A DNA stretch of 64,000 bases, taken from the NCBI GenBank assembly GCA_964036045.1, contig OZ038378.1:196044001-196108000 (forward strand). Direction: 5' to 3'. Position numbers and translations under genes: made by a program. The first letter of the stretch is position 1. Each line of letters starts with the position of its first letter. The DNA comes from Eutreptiella sp. 'Long Island Sound 2002' (taxonomy: Eukaryota; Protista; Euglenida). Of this stretch, positions 22,337 to 34,364 are shown piece after piece. The notes under the pieces are model-generated. The model worked only from the letters and a program-made list of their open reading frames with translations. It did no database searches and was not told the origin of the DNA.

Positions 22337-23690
22337 TTGATACGCTGCAGTGTGCTCACGGTGGGTCGGCTGCTGGAAGATGACTCCAGTTTGAGCTTAA
22401 TCGCCCCTACTTGGCGGGCATTTTATCGTGATGCCATCGGTCAACTGGCCACCGGGATGTATGACTTTGATGCCCAAGCAACACACCCCGCTGTTTGCTT
22501 TTCTACACTGCTTGCAGAGTGGCATGCCGGCACGGCCATGGCAGCCCTCTCGTACCCTAAGGAGCTAAAAAGGCGACAGGATGCGTCTGTGTGGGAAGCC
22601 TTAATAAAGTCCCCAGTACCGGATCACGACAAAGATTTCGTCAGGGTTGCCCTATGGCGTAAGCTTGCAGTTGGGATGCGCCAGTACAAGTGGAAACCCG
22701 GTGACACTCTCTGCCCTTTGGATAACAAACAAGAGACTATAGACCATGCTTGCTTTGACTGCAAATTCCTGCTCCAAGCTTTCATGATCATTGATTGTTG
22801 CTTCCATCATTATGAAACAAGTGCGGGCGCCTGCTCCTCGGTCCGAGACCTCCTAATGAAAGCCCCGGACACGGCACTGAGCATCCCCCCGGGGTTGCTT
22901 GCTTGGTGAGCCATCAAAGTGAACTGGGACCTTCGCTGTGCTTTGCGCAAGACACATTTTCATGTTTCCACGTCGGGTTTTGTTACCCGATGGGTTAAGC
23001 GGCTGTCAATTTGGCAACAGATTCAGGTGTGGGTGTTGTCCCCCAAAACGCTGTCAGTGTTCATTGATGTTGTGCTTTCTTCAGCCTCAGACACACCAGT
23101 AGCTTATCCTTCTCTCGGTGCCATACCACCCACGCCGCCGCCCTCTAGAGCACAATTGCGGGCGGCACGGCGCTTGGAACGTAAGTTGAGGTCTCTAGAC
23201 AAGCTAAACAAACACTTGGAGACACTGGAGAGCAAAGGTTTCTTGCTCATCTACACGGATGGCTCCTCGGAACATTTTCCTACCGTTGGCAGAGTGGGAG
23301 GTTACGGGGTCTATTCGGCGGCAGGGGTTGAGGTGTCTGATTTTGTTCCCCTTCATATGAAGCAGACAATCAATTCAGCGGAGCTATTGGATACACTGGT
23401 GGCCTTGCAACGCCATGCGGACCATCCCAAAATAGCGCTTTGTGCTGATTGTGAGTATGTGCTACTTGCAGTGAAGGGAGCACCGCGTAGATGGAAAATC
23501 AACTGCTGGAGGGGTTCTTCCGGCCCTGTTTCCAATGTTCCCCTTTGGGAGGAAGTCCTACAGTTCTTGGATGACACCTTAAGGAAGTGAAGTGGGTCAA
23601 GGTGCCTTCTCATGTAAATGTCATGGGTAACGAACAGGCCAACACCCTGGCCAACCAGGGTCGAATTATCAACCCCCTGTATCCCGTATA
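22337..23690 (+). mobile_element. 3' part of family B non-LTR retrotransposon: zf-RVT-like finger then C-terminal cellular-type RNase H
   Basis: VALWRKL...TLCPLDNKQETIDHACFDC (zf-RVT-like). IYTDGS...GGYGVY...INSAEL...NVPLWEEV...KWVKVPSHVNVMGNEQANTLA. One TGA at 22907-22909 and one frameshift near 23585. Confidence 0.85.
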
Positions 23691-23814
23691 AGGCACGCCA
23701 CATGGCCGCCGTCAGCACCACACCTGTACCCCTCTGGAGGTTTTCATCCTAATTTCCCCTATTTTTGATGCTGTGGTTATGACCCTAGCACCAATAGTGT
23801 CTTAGAGGGAGACG

Positions 23815-24320
23815 CACGCGCGGTGCGCGCGGTGCACCACGCGGTGCGCGCGCGGTGCATTCGTTTTCCACGTGCGCGTACAACCTTTTCTTTCAGTCTT
23901 TCCCCTTGTGCTGTTTTCTGCACCTCACCACTATTTGCCCCACCCTTGTGGTGAGCCCGTGTGCCGTGGCTGCGGGATAGGGCGCCAAGCCAGGTTGCGA
24001 TGGCTGTCGCAATGGCGGACAATTGCCACGGGTGCCTCGCCCCTCCCTCTATAAAGAACAAATGAAAGTCGAGCGGCCGTACCGGAGAGTTCTACATCCT
24101 CTTCTTCCTCTTCCTACGGCCCTCCCCTGGCAGGGGGTGTGGGCGGCCACAACCACCATTGGTGAGGAGGATGGAGTGGAGGCCTCCGTTGTTGTGTGCT
24201 TACCCCTTAGGCCACCGCGTCCTTGCCACCCTGAAAAAATGTGAAAAATGCAGGAAAGGGTTGGTAGAAACGCACGCGCGGTGCGCGCGCGTTGCACAAC
24301 GCGGTGCGCGCGGTGCGTAT
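23815..24320. repeat. Element bounded by direct GCGCGCGGTGC-array repeats
   Basis: ACGCACGCGCGGTGCGCGCG...CACNACGCGGTGCGCGCG at ~23815-23870 and ~24270-24320. Confidence 0.55.
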
Positions 24321-24521
24321 ATCTCCCTCTTAGCCTCTTTTAGCCCTTTGACCCCTTGATGAGGCCCAATCCCAGACTCAACCATCTAAATTCTTTCCAA
24401 AACTTTTTTTTTGGAACTCCCCTCCCCAAAATTGGGGGAAGGGGCCCTGACCCCATCCAACAGCCCTCCTAGTGGTGGGCACGGGAGGCCCACAACGGAT
24501 CATTGCCATAGATATTTGTAG

Positions 24522-27500
24522 ACCCCCTTCCACCCCAAAAAAGCATCCCGCACTCGCGCAGCTCTGCTTTTTCTCATGTCCAATTTGTTGCCCTCGTGCC
24601 AATGACGAAGAACCAGAACCAAAAGCGGGACCTGCAAAACGCAGGTAGAGAAATCATCGCTAAGAGGCTGAAGAGGGACTTGTCCAAGGTCTATGAGATC
24701 CCCACGGTGCCCCTAGACACCCCCATGGCCCGCTGTCCAGAGGGTTTGCTGGTTCCCCTCTTCAAGTACCAGCGCCGGTCCCTGCACCGGATGCTGCAGA
24801 TGGAGGACACGGCGGAGATCACAGGCATCCCTCTGGCTGGGAACACGAAGCTGACTACCAAAGGGGGCGTGTTGGCAGATACCGTTGGCATGGGCAAGAC
24901 CGCCCAAATGATTGCGCTGTTTCTCATGCGACCCTCCGGCATAGCGAGGGGGGCCGCAACCGGGTTTGAAAGCCGGGCGAACCTTGTGCTGGCCCCAGCG
25001 CATTTGTGCCAGCAGTGGCGGGACGAGATACGGAAGTTCGTCGGGCCCGGCCTCACTGTGGTGCTTGTTGATACGCCGGAGCGGCACTTCCACGTGTCTT
25101 CGGCCCAGCTCCTCAACGCCGACGTTGTAGTCGTGTCTGTGGAATACCTACTGTCCAAAGAGTACGCTGACCCCACCGCCGCCGAGCACCTGCCGCGATT
25201 CCATGCACTGCGGTGGCGGCGGTTGGTATTCGACGAGTGCCATGAGACGGTCCGAGTGTCCGCAGGCGACTTCGAGTCGCTCATGGCCCTGGACTCCGTG
25301 AACACGTGGTGCGTGACGGCCACCCCCTTCCCGCATTTGGACCAGAGCATGTACGGCATCCACCACCTCTTGGGCATCCGCTTGACGCTGCACGTCTCCA
25401 ACAGCCCATTCGTCAAGAACGAGCATCTGAAGGACGACCACCCCTTTCAAGTCCTCAAGACCCGGTTGTATCTCCGCAACACCCCCGAAAGCGTCGGGGA
25501 TGAGTGGGGTGCGGTCACAGGCGTCCACCGCAGCGACTCGCTCTACGTGTCCAACAGCGTCCGATTGTCTTTGACACAGGTGAAGGGGTGGGGTCTCGGC
25601 CAGAAGCATTGCGCAGGAAAGTGCAGAGGGACGCACAGAGCATGGCGCACGGTTGCGGTGTAGTGTAGTGTAGTGTAGTGTAGTGTACGGTACGGTACGG
25701 TACGGTACGGTACGGTACGGTACGGTACGGTACGGTACGGTACGGAGGGTAGGGCAGTGCAGTGCAGTGCAGTACAGTGCAGTGTACTGTAGTGCAGTGC
25801 AGTGCAGTGTACTGTAGTGTACTGTAGTGTAGTGTAGTGTAGTGTAGTGTAGTGTAGTGTAGTGTAGTGTAGTGTAGTGTAGTGTAGTGTAGTGTAGTGT
25901 AGTGTAGTGTAGTGTAGTGTAGTGTAGTGTAGTGTAGTGCAGTGCAGTGCAGTGCAGTGCAGTGCAGTGCAGTGCAGTGCAGTGCAGTGTACTGTAGTGC
26001 AGTGCAGTGCAGTGTACTGTAGTGCAGTGCAGTGCAGTGCAGTGTAGTGTAGTGTAGTGTAGTGTAGTGTAGTGTAGTGTAGTGTAGTGTAGTGTAGTGT
26101 AGTGTAGTGTAGTGTAGTGTAGTGTAGTGTAGTGTAGTGTAGTGTAGTGTAGTGTAGTGTAGTGTAGTGTAGTGTAGTGTAGTGTAGTGTAGTGTAGTGT
26201 AGTGTAGCGTAGTGTAGTCTAGTGTAGTCTAGTGTAGTCTAGTGTAGTGTAGTGTAGTGTAGTGCAGTCTAGTGTAGTGTAGTGTAGTGTCGTCTAGTGT
26301 AGTGTAGTGTAGTGTAGTGTAGTCTAGTGTAGTGCACCGTAGGGGAGTGGAGCTCGGAAGGCTAATAACCGGTGCTGTATTGGGGTCTCCAAGGCAGGGA
26401 AGTCTTGGATAGCACTTGTGATAGTGCTGGTCGGGGGTGTTCAGACCTAAGATGCCGGTGCGCGATCCGGGTGGCCGTGCTCCCTCGCACTGTGCATGCG
26501 TCCTCCCGTAGGTTGAGCGAGGGTTCTACGACGCAGAGGCCCGGCGAGTGGCCGGCGTTTCGAATCCGTTTGCAGACCGCTGCGAGCAGCTGCGGCAGAT
26601 CTGCTGCCATCCCATGGTCAGTTCGGAGTGGGAGACGCTGTTTCGGGGGCAGGGCGGCCCCGCGCAGATCCACTCGATGGAGCAGCTGCGGCAGAAGATG
26701 GTGACGGTGAAGCAGCAGCGGCTGGAGGCGGTCGTGCGGCGGATCGACAAGTCCCGGCGGCACATGGAGGCCGCGGAGCGCGCCGTTGTCGTGCTGACCG
26801 CCGCGGGGGGGCGCCTGACGCGGTCCGGCAGCGTGGCCCTCCAGGACTACAGCGAGGCCACGGAGTTCCGCATCGTCGAGGGGGACCGGGCGGTGCGGCT
26901 CCTCCGGGGGGTCAAGGAGATGGTGCAGTGGAAGGGCCGTCTGGGCGTGGAGCAGCAGCGGCAGCACGAGGCCGCCACGCGGCAGTACCTCGCGGAGGCC
27001 CGGCAGACCCTCGCCGCCAACGAGACGGAGCTGGAGCACCTGCGGCGCGACAAGGACTACTTCGAGGGGGTCCTGCAGGACATCGGCCGGCGGGTCGAGG
27101 GCGCGGAGTGCGTCATCTGCATGGCGGACTCCACGACGCTGTCCGTGACCAAGTGCGGGCACGTCTACTGCCAGGGGTGCCTCCGCGACTGGCTGCAGCA
27201 GAAGGCCGACTGCCCGTTGTGCAAGGCCGCGCTGGTGCGTTGGGGTGATTCGGCGCGGCGTTCGTGCGGTGGGGCTGTAGGGCGTGGGAGGACCGCGGCG
27301 CAGGGCAGTCAGTGTACCGGGCAAATACGAATGGTTTTCCAAAATGGTTAATTCAGAGAACCGCCGTGTGCAAACGCAGGAAAAAAAACGCAAAACTGTT
27401 AAGTAATTACCAGGCACGAGGTTGTGAAATAGGCAAATTCTCGCAGACATTGGGTAAAACCAATTAATTGTAGGATTCTGACATTTGCGGCTGAGTGCAT

Positions 27501-30500
27501 GCACAATGCAACCTTTTTGTTCTGTTTCTCATCTGCATTTCTGTGTTCTTCGAGTGGCCGCAATCGGTACGCCGGTGACCGCCCGTATCTGCCAAGAGAC
27601 AAAGCCTCATGGACACCATTTCCCAGAAAGCAGGGGCCCGGTAGCGTTTCCAGGGCCTTCTACAGGCCCACAGCCCCCTGACCTGTCCGACCCAGGGCCA
27701 CACACCAAAAAATGGGGCCAGGGAGCCGCCACCCCTAAGTCTTGACTGCCTGTGGAAGGCCTGGCGCCTGGATCGACCTGAATCGCAGGTCTACAACTGT
27801 TGCAGAAGTTAGAAGCCCGGCCTCTCGCCCGGCCTCTCGCTGACGCCCGGCATAAATGGAGGTCAGAGAGCGGAAGCATGACCACAATACCGCCGCACTG
27901 ACGACCCAGTCAATGGAGATCTGAGGCTGCTCATCATTTTACACTAGCGACCTGCCAACTACCATCCGTTGCATCAATTGCTGTGATCAGATGGTCTTCA
28001 ACAAACAAAGAGGTCAGCCAAGGACCAGCTGCTTGTACCATTGCCCCCCCCCCCCCCCCGGCGAGAGCAACAGTAGTAGTTGTTTCCGCAAGTTTTGGAA
28101 CCACTTCCTACTTTGCCCTTTATAAGTTCAGCCCCCGTGTCAGAGGAACAGCACGTGTTGTTTCCGTCAAACTTGGGGACTTTTAGTGTTGTTCTCGCAT
28201 TGGGGGGGGGGGGGGGTTGCCAAAAGAAACACGACATTGCATTTCATTCGGTATTGACCGCGGTCAAACCGCATGCGCCATGTCGCAGCCTTTTGGGACC
28301 GTGGGATTGACGGTTCCGATTGTTTGTTGAGGTGTTTCGCAAGGCTTACAGGCAGGGGATGGGGCTGTGGCTTGGGGGCCCGTGTGGCTTTTTGTGTACA
28401 TCGGGCACTTCTCTGGTTGTCTGCATTCGTGAATGCTGGAAAGATTCGCTTCCATGGTGGCATTGAGTGGTCAGTCGATCTACTGCAGCAGCACCGTATT
28501 GTGACTGCGAAGGTGCGGGCCGCATTAGCCATCAAATCAACTGCCGCTCTCTGTGTATTGTTATTGTGCTGTACACCCCCCCTCCTCTACCCCCTCCCTA
28601 CAGCAACACACTCCCCCGCCACCCAATGCCCCCCAGGGCAGAAAGAATGGAGAGGGTGGAGAAGAAACTGGGCAGGGGGAAAGGGACGAACAAAGGGAGG
28701 TGACAGGACAGGGCAGACCGCACTCGCCGAAAACGGTGCAGAGCGCAGAAGGAGGAGAAGGAAAGGAAAAAAGGGAAAGAACCATTGCGGTTGTTAGAAG
28801 CCCCCGTCAGGAAAATGATCCTGCAGATGCACACCCCAGGCCGCACAAGTCAGTGCTGGGGTCGGCAAACCCAGCATGGACTCAGATCTGGATGCACCTG
28901 GTCAACGGCACGGGCAACAGCCCGTCTCCGGGACAGGCGACCCTGGAGTAGTCAAACAGGACAAGTCATCCAGGGGCTCCGTTGACACAACCAAAACACG
29001 TTCGGGCCCAGAGGGTCAAAATGAGCAGTGGGGAGAGGCCAATAGGCGCCGCCAAAGGCAAACAATCAGATACCGAGGCCTTGTGCCAAACCCTCCCCCC
29101 CCATGTCCAACGAATGCCTTGTCCTACAAACACTTCCGTTCGGGCCGTAATTTTTTGGGACCTAATTAATGAGGGGCCGGGTTTGGGTACCGAATTAATT
29201 GAGTACCGAACGGCGTGTCCAATGAACACTCCTGTTCGAACCGTATTTTTTTTTTTGAGGACTTGATTGTTAGCTTGACACCGGGGGGGGGGGGGACTGG
29301 ACACAGAAACGCGGCAAGGCATGTGGTGGACAACCTGAACGTGGAGGGGAGTGGGCAGCAAAAGCCGTAAGACCCCCCACAATAACCAGCGCAACCCAGT
29401 ATGCTGACTACTGGGCTCCGCTAACGCGGAAACGACACCACAAGGAACACAAGGATGGCAACACAAGGAACCGCCGCAACCGCCGTCATGACGCAGCGAC
29501 CCGACGCAGCACGCAAAGGGAAGAACGGGTGACTGTACAGGGCCCTGTAAAGAAACAGCAGCCCAACGGAATGTCACACAGGGGGGGGTAACCTGATGAT
29601 TGCCTGGTTTGTGTAATGCGGCGTCACGGTGTTGCGGTGTCGCTGTGTGCCCCAGGCGCACGGGGACGTGATCGACATTGACACGACCCTCAAGGCCCTG
29701 CCCCCGACGGACCCGCTGGTGCAGAAGTACGGGACGAAGCCCGCGGCGGTCGTGGCGTTCATGAGGTCCGCGCTGGAGGCGGACCCCCGGGCCCAGTTCC
29801 TGGTGTTCAGCGAGTGGGACGCCGCCCTGGAGCTTGTGGCCCGAACGCTGTCGTTGAACGGGCTCGGGAACGCGATCTGCGGTGGGTCCCCACAGAACAG
29901 GTCGTCATACACAATGCCCCTTCGGTTTGGGGTGTGGGGGGTGCATGTGCCCCCCCTCAGGGCTCCTTTCAACAACTCAGCACCACTTGGGGGGGGGGGG
30001 GGGTGCCCCCACCCCAACCCCCTGGACCCCCCCCCCTTAAGTGATGGGGGTAAATTTTTCTCCGGGCCTTTGGCCAATCAAAAATTTTCCCTGGAGCCCT
30101 CAGCGCCAGTTGGTTTCGGCGAAAAAAAATTTCGGCGCCTCTAAAAACTCAGTGGGGGTGGGGGCAGTTGGACCTGCCCCCCCCCCCTGGACCCACCCCC
30201 CCACCACCCACCCACCGCATTAAAAGGAGCCCTACCCCTACCCCCCCCCCCCTCCAGCAGCAAACAAGCGGGCATGCACTTCATGCGTACCACCGTCTGG
30301 TGTTCAGAGATCCCCCCTGCCACACACCTTACCCCTCCTGCGCCTGAACAACGGAGACCCAAGATGAGCCCAGACCCCATGCTCCACCGCTGTCAAGCCG
30401 GCTGGACGTGGCTCGTTCCCTACTTTTCCAGGGACAGGCATCATCACTCCCCTGTGGAACATTCGATAGCCGTGTAAGAGCGGTGGCCTCCAGGCAACCG

Positions 30501-33464
30501 GTGCTGATGTGGTTTGCGCTGCGGGAGCAGCAGTTTGTGATTGCGGAACAGCTGCACAGTGTTGAACTGATGGAGTCTGGCATGAGGTCAGGATCATGCG
30601 GGGTATTGCAAAGCCTGCCATCATCCCTCCCCCCCCCCCCGTGCCATTTTTTTCGCAGGCCTTCCCCCGCCACAGACCCCCCTGGACGCACTGTACCGCC
30701 TGGTTCTCTCAGTCTTTACCCGAGAACAGCTCGTTGAGCTCTGGCATAGGGCGTCGCATGACGTGCCTGGGTGCACCCTAAGCCACGTGCTCAATGGCGA
30801 GGCCCATTCTTTGGCGAGTGCAGGCCTGAATCATCCTGCTCCACTGCCTCTCCCATTACTACATATAGTCCGCGTCCAGACCTGAGGGCGTGTGTGGCCT
30901 GAAGGCACGATTCTGACCTGAAACCGAATCTTGGCTGGCGCCGCACGCCGCCTTGCTGGACTTATGAGCACCTTGCGATGGCGCCTGGACAATGGGGGCG
31001 TACCATGCGCTGTGCCCGCGCTGTGCGAAAAGTTGGCTGTCCTCCACCACCGGGAGTTCGGTAAGTTCAGAAGATTGAAAGGACGTCATTGAATGGCTGC
31101 TGCAGTGGACGGGGCTATAGGGGGCAGAATTTAGGTCCCTGGGACCCATGGCAAGCATGAGACGTTTGAATTTTTGATTTTTGAATTGATTGTGCATGAT
31201 TCCGCAGGTGCGTGGTTTTCAGGGTTGTTACCTGGATAATCACCGTAATAATTGGCGCTGTGCGCGCGCTGTGCGAAAACGCCCCCACTGTGTGTCGCGG
31301 CTCCGCCGCATGATACTTGACATGATGTTGGAATGCCAGAGGAATTCTGGAGGATGACCATCGTCGATCTGTGGCCAAACCCGAGGGCATGCAGAGGGCA
31401 GGGCAGGGGTAGCCCACCCCAGGGGGGTCTCCCAACGGGGAACACCGCAGGCATTGTGGCGTAGTGCCCGGGCCTCGGAGCGTTGCCGTGCGCAATGGAG
31501 GGCTCGGACGCTGTGCAGCGCGGCGCACTGCGCAGACCACGGCCTCCTCATTGGCCACGGACCACACCAACGGTCGTTGCTCGCCGTCCGTCGGTAGCAA
31601 CGCCTTGCAGATGTGTCTTGTGAACCAGGTCTTCGCGGTCTCGTGTACCACAGTCGCGGGCCTCCGAGTGACTCGGGGCTTGGAGCTCTCACAGGACAGC
31701 CAGGGCTGTCCTCAAGAACGCCCCCCCCCTTTTTTTTGTTATGGACAGCCCTTAAGGACAGCCCCTAGGGACTACCAACCGCCGCCCACCACCCGCCGCC
31801 GACCGCCACCAACCACCAACCGCCAATCGCCCTCCGCCAACCGCCATGAAGCGCCAACCGCCACCAACCGCCACCAACCGCCAACCACTGCCAACCGCCA
31901 ACCATTGCTCAATTTTTTTCCCCCTCGAGGACAGCCCCAGGGACAGCGGTGCTGCACAAGGTCAGTGTTCCGCAGCTACTGGACATCCCTCGCGGGACTG
32001 CGCCGCCCAGTGGTATGGGTTCCGCTCGGAGCTCTCCCCTTCGACATGTGTTCAGAAGATGCCGAGTTTGAGTCCCTGATGGTGCATGAGTGATAACCCC
32101 TTCGGCATCCTCGGCGCTGGGGTGTCCTAGGTGACCTCTTGAGCCGGAGGGCACTGATGATGGTCCGCTGATGTCAGAGATGACCTGGGTACTCTACCGT
32201 TACCTCTGCCCCCCCCCCCCCCCTTCCCGTGCAACCTGACCATTTGAGGCCGTGCCGCTAACACCGATACCAGCAGCCCACTCCAATGTGTGCCCGCGAG
32301 TCCAGTCAGCACAGAAACAAACCAACGCCCAATAGACGGCGAGCAGCACGTCAGTCTGCGAAGATGGAAGTAACCGCCACCAAACCTGCTCCACCTTGTG
32401 CCCCCTCCCTCCCCACCACCCGCCCCCAGCCCCCTCTCTGGGTGGTGTCCAATAGAAGTCCGGTCCTTAATACGTGACCGGTGTGAGTTTTGGAGGCCTG
32501 GCTTGGTGACATCAATTTTGCATCCGGGTGCATATCAAGTTATCGGGTCTGAGCCGGAAAAAGGGGGGAGTACCCGTGGGCACATGGCATGCACGAACAA
32601 AGAGCAAAGAGCGCACAACATCACGATGAGAATCCTTCATGGCTGCCCCCTCCCTTCCCCCCCTCCCCCCCTCTTATTTTTGACTGGTAGTCGGTGGGTG
32701 GAGCATAGTGGGACAGGTCCAGATCGGCGCCGCCCGCATGCAGCACCCTCCTGCGCACATGCGATAGGCAGCGCCATCCTGCAAACAATTCATCGTTAAC
32801 ACGTCCGCATTGCAGGCAGGAGGTGCTGAGTAAGTTCCGCGCAGGGAAGCTGCTGGCGATTCTGCTGTCGTTGAAGCACAGTGCGAGCGGGACCAACCTG
32901 CAGTGCGCCAATCATGTGCTGCTGCTGCATCCTCCTGGGCGCAACCGGGCGGACATGCAGGCAGTGGAGACCCAGGCCATCGGCCGGACGGTGCGGATCG
33001 GGCAGACTCGGCGGGTCGTGGTCACGCGCTTCATTCTGAATGATACCATCGAGCAAAGGATGCAGCAACGGCTGTTGGCGGAGGAGGGCGGACAGAGGGT
33101 GGGTGCGCAGGCGGAGGTTGAGGAACCCCTGCCCTCGTTGAGCCCTTCCCACGCATCCAACGCATCCAGCAGCAACAGCAACAGCCACAACAGCAGCAGC
33201 GTTGCCTCCCCATCCTCCACAGCACTCGGCAGTGCCCCTGCAACAGGTGCGGTTGAGGCCGGGGCTGTGGCTGATGCTGTGGTCATCCAGGACGACAGTA
33301 TGGAGGCATTCCCATCTTCTGCGGCCTCTGGCAGTGCCCCTGCAGCGCGTGTGGCAGAAGCGGTGCAGAGTCTATTGGCGATGGGGTTCCCTGAGGACCG
33401 AGCACTTCAGGCTGCACAAGACGCTGACGGCGACATTCAGGCTGCTCTGGACCGGCTGCTGTAG
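24522..33464 (+). CDS. RAD5/HLTF/SHPRH-type SNF2 ATPase with RING finger, helicase C domain and C-terminal UBA (multi-exon)
   Basis: Exons 24522-25579, 26512-27234, 29656-29900 and 32816-33464 join in frame via GT-AG introns. Motifs GGVLADTVGMGKT, LVFDECH, VTATP; RING CVIC..KCGHVYCQGC..CPLC; LVFSEW; SLKHSASGTNLQCANHV; QAIGRTVRIGQ; UBA AVQSLLAMGFPEDRALQA...IQAALDRLL*. The 5' end is uncertain (ATG 24602 or upstream exons). Confidence 0.92.
25660..26335. repeat. Compound pentanucleotide microsatellite (TAGTG)n/(CAGTG)n/(TACGG)n
   Basis: Directly visible; fills most of the first modelled SNF2 intron. Confidence 0.97.
28045..28218. mobile_element. MITE-like element with imperfect TIRs and C/G-run ends
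   Basis: Left Cn-GGCGAGAGCAACA vs right TGTTGTTCTCGCATT-Gn. Confidence 0.45.
28927..29100 (+). repeat. Dispersed repeat family D, copy 1
   Basis: GACCCTGGAGTAGTCAAACAGGACAAGTCATCCAGGGGCTCCGTTGACACAACCAAAAC...GAGGCCTTGTGCC is near-identical at 51991-52170 (+) and 62754-62912 (-). Confidence 0.9.
29295..29588 (+). repeat. Dispersed repeat family E, copy 1
   Basis: Shares CTGGGCTCC..AAC.CGGAAACGACACCA, GACGCA and GGGTGAC...GGAATGTCAC with 56680-57038 and 60590-60925. Confidence 0.85.
31701..31940. mobile_element. MITE family H (TIR CAGGGCTGTCCT...AGGACAGCCC) with internal CCAACCG repeats
   Basis: Terminal inverted repeats are visible; homolog at 55307-55524. Confidence 0.7.
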
Positions 33465-33649
33465 CGTATACCAGGGGTGAGCCCTGGATTGACGTGATGA
33501 GTTGGGTTTGTGTTGGGGGGGCTGCTGTAGCCTGATGACGAAATGACGAACAAACACTGAACCGTTTGCCCAAGCGCAGGCTTGCGTGCTCTTGTGGTCG
33601 TGCCGGTGCAGGCCCTTGCTTAGTGACAAAACAAACCCCCAGCCCTGGG

Positions 33650-33830
33650 GGGGTCAGAGGCCGAAAAAAAGTTTGTTGGCCTCCAATTTCGAGCCCCTTT
33701 GATATATATTTCTTTTTTGCCCTGAGAACAAGTCTTCTGATGTGGGGGTTGGGGGGGTCGGGGCCGGCCGGGGCTGGCCAGGGCCCCAAATCCCCTCCTC
33801 CCCCTGGGGGTCCTGAAGCAATGGCCTGGA
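33650..33830. repeat. Dispersed repeat family F (G-run...C-run bounded)
   Basis: GGGGTCAGAGGCC(G/A)AAAAAA...CTTTGATA...TCTGATGT..GGGG...GGCCGGGGCTGGC.AGGGCCCC also occurs at 59410-59580. Confidence 0.75.
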
Positions 33831-33996
33831 CCGGTTCCCGCCTGGTGCCCATGCCCCGGGCCGCCACCCGTGAGTTTGGGGCTCAAAACTCTGCATTCAG
33901 GTTACATGTCAATGCAAAAGATGGCTTGAGTGTTGTACCATGCACGGTGTTGAGTGAGCAGTGGCCAAAACAGAATGGAGAAGTGCTTACCTGCCT

Positions 33997-33998
33997 GG

Positions 33999-34060
<62 letters not shown>

Positions 34061-34090
34061 GGTGGTGGTGGTGGTGGTGGTGGTGGTGTT
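33997..34090. repeat. (GTT)n(GGT)n microsatellite
   Basis: Directly visible. Confidence 0.95.
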
Positions 34091-34364
34091 GCTTGCAGGA
34101 GGGAGGGGTGCAGTAGTATATTCAGGGTGATGGGTGTGCGGAGCCATTCCACACCACAATACCGTGCTGAGTGGTAGCATTGCTGGAAAAATCCCACATG
34201 ATCTGACACCGTTGAACATCGCGACTGCCTGCTTGTGTTGCTTTTTTTTTGTTTGCAGGCGTGCACCTTCAGCCGCAACAAGCAAACATATTTTTCTCCT
34301 GCTTGTCTTTTCTTGTGGGTTCTGGGATTTCTAGGCACTTGATTTGCCGGTTGGCGGTACGCCG

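Noticed and set aside
24691-27504. Long minus-strand ORFs (24691..25416, 25148..25636, 26362..27504)
   Set aside because: Antisense shadows of GC-rich SNF2 exons.
33883-34338. Poly-Thr/Pro/Asn/Val/Gly ORFs and the many other 60-170 aa ORFs in repeat regions
   Set aside because: Translations of microsatellites, homopolymer runs and MITE/SINE copies with no independent coding evidence.
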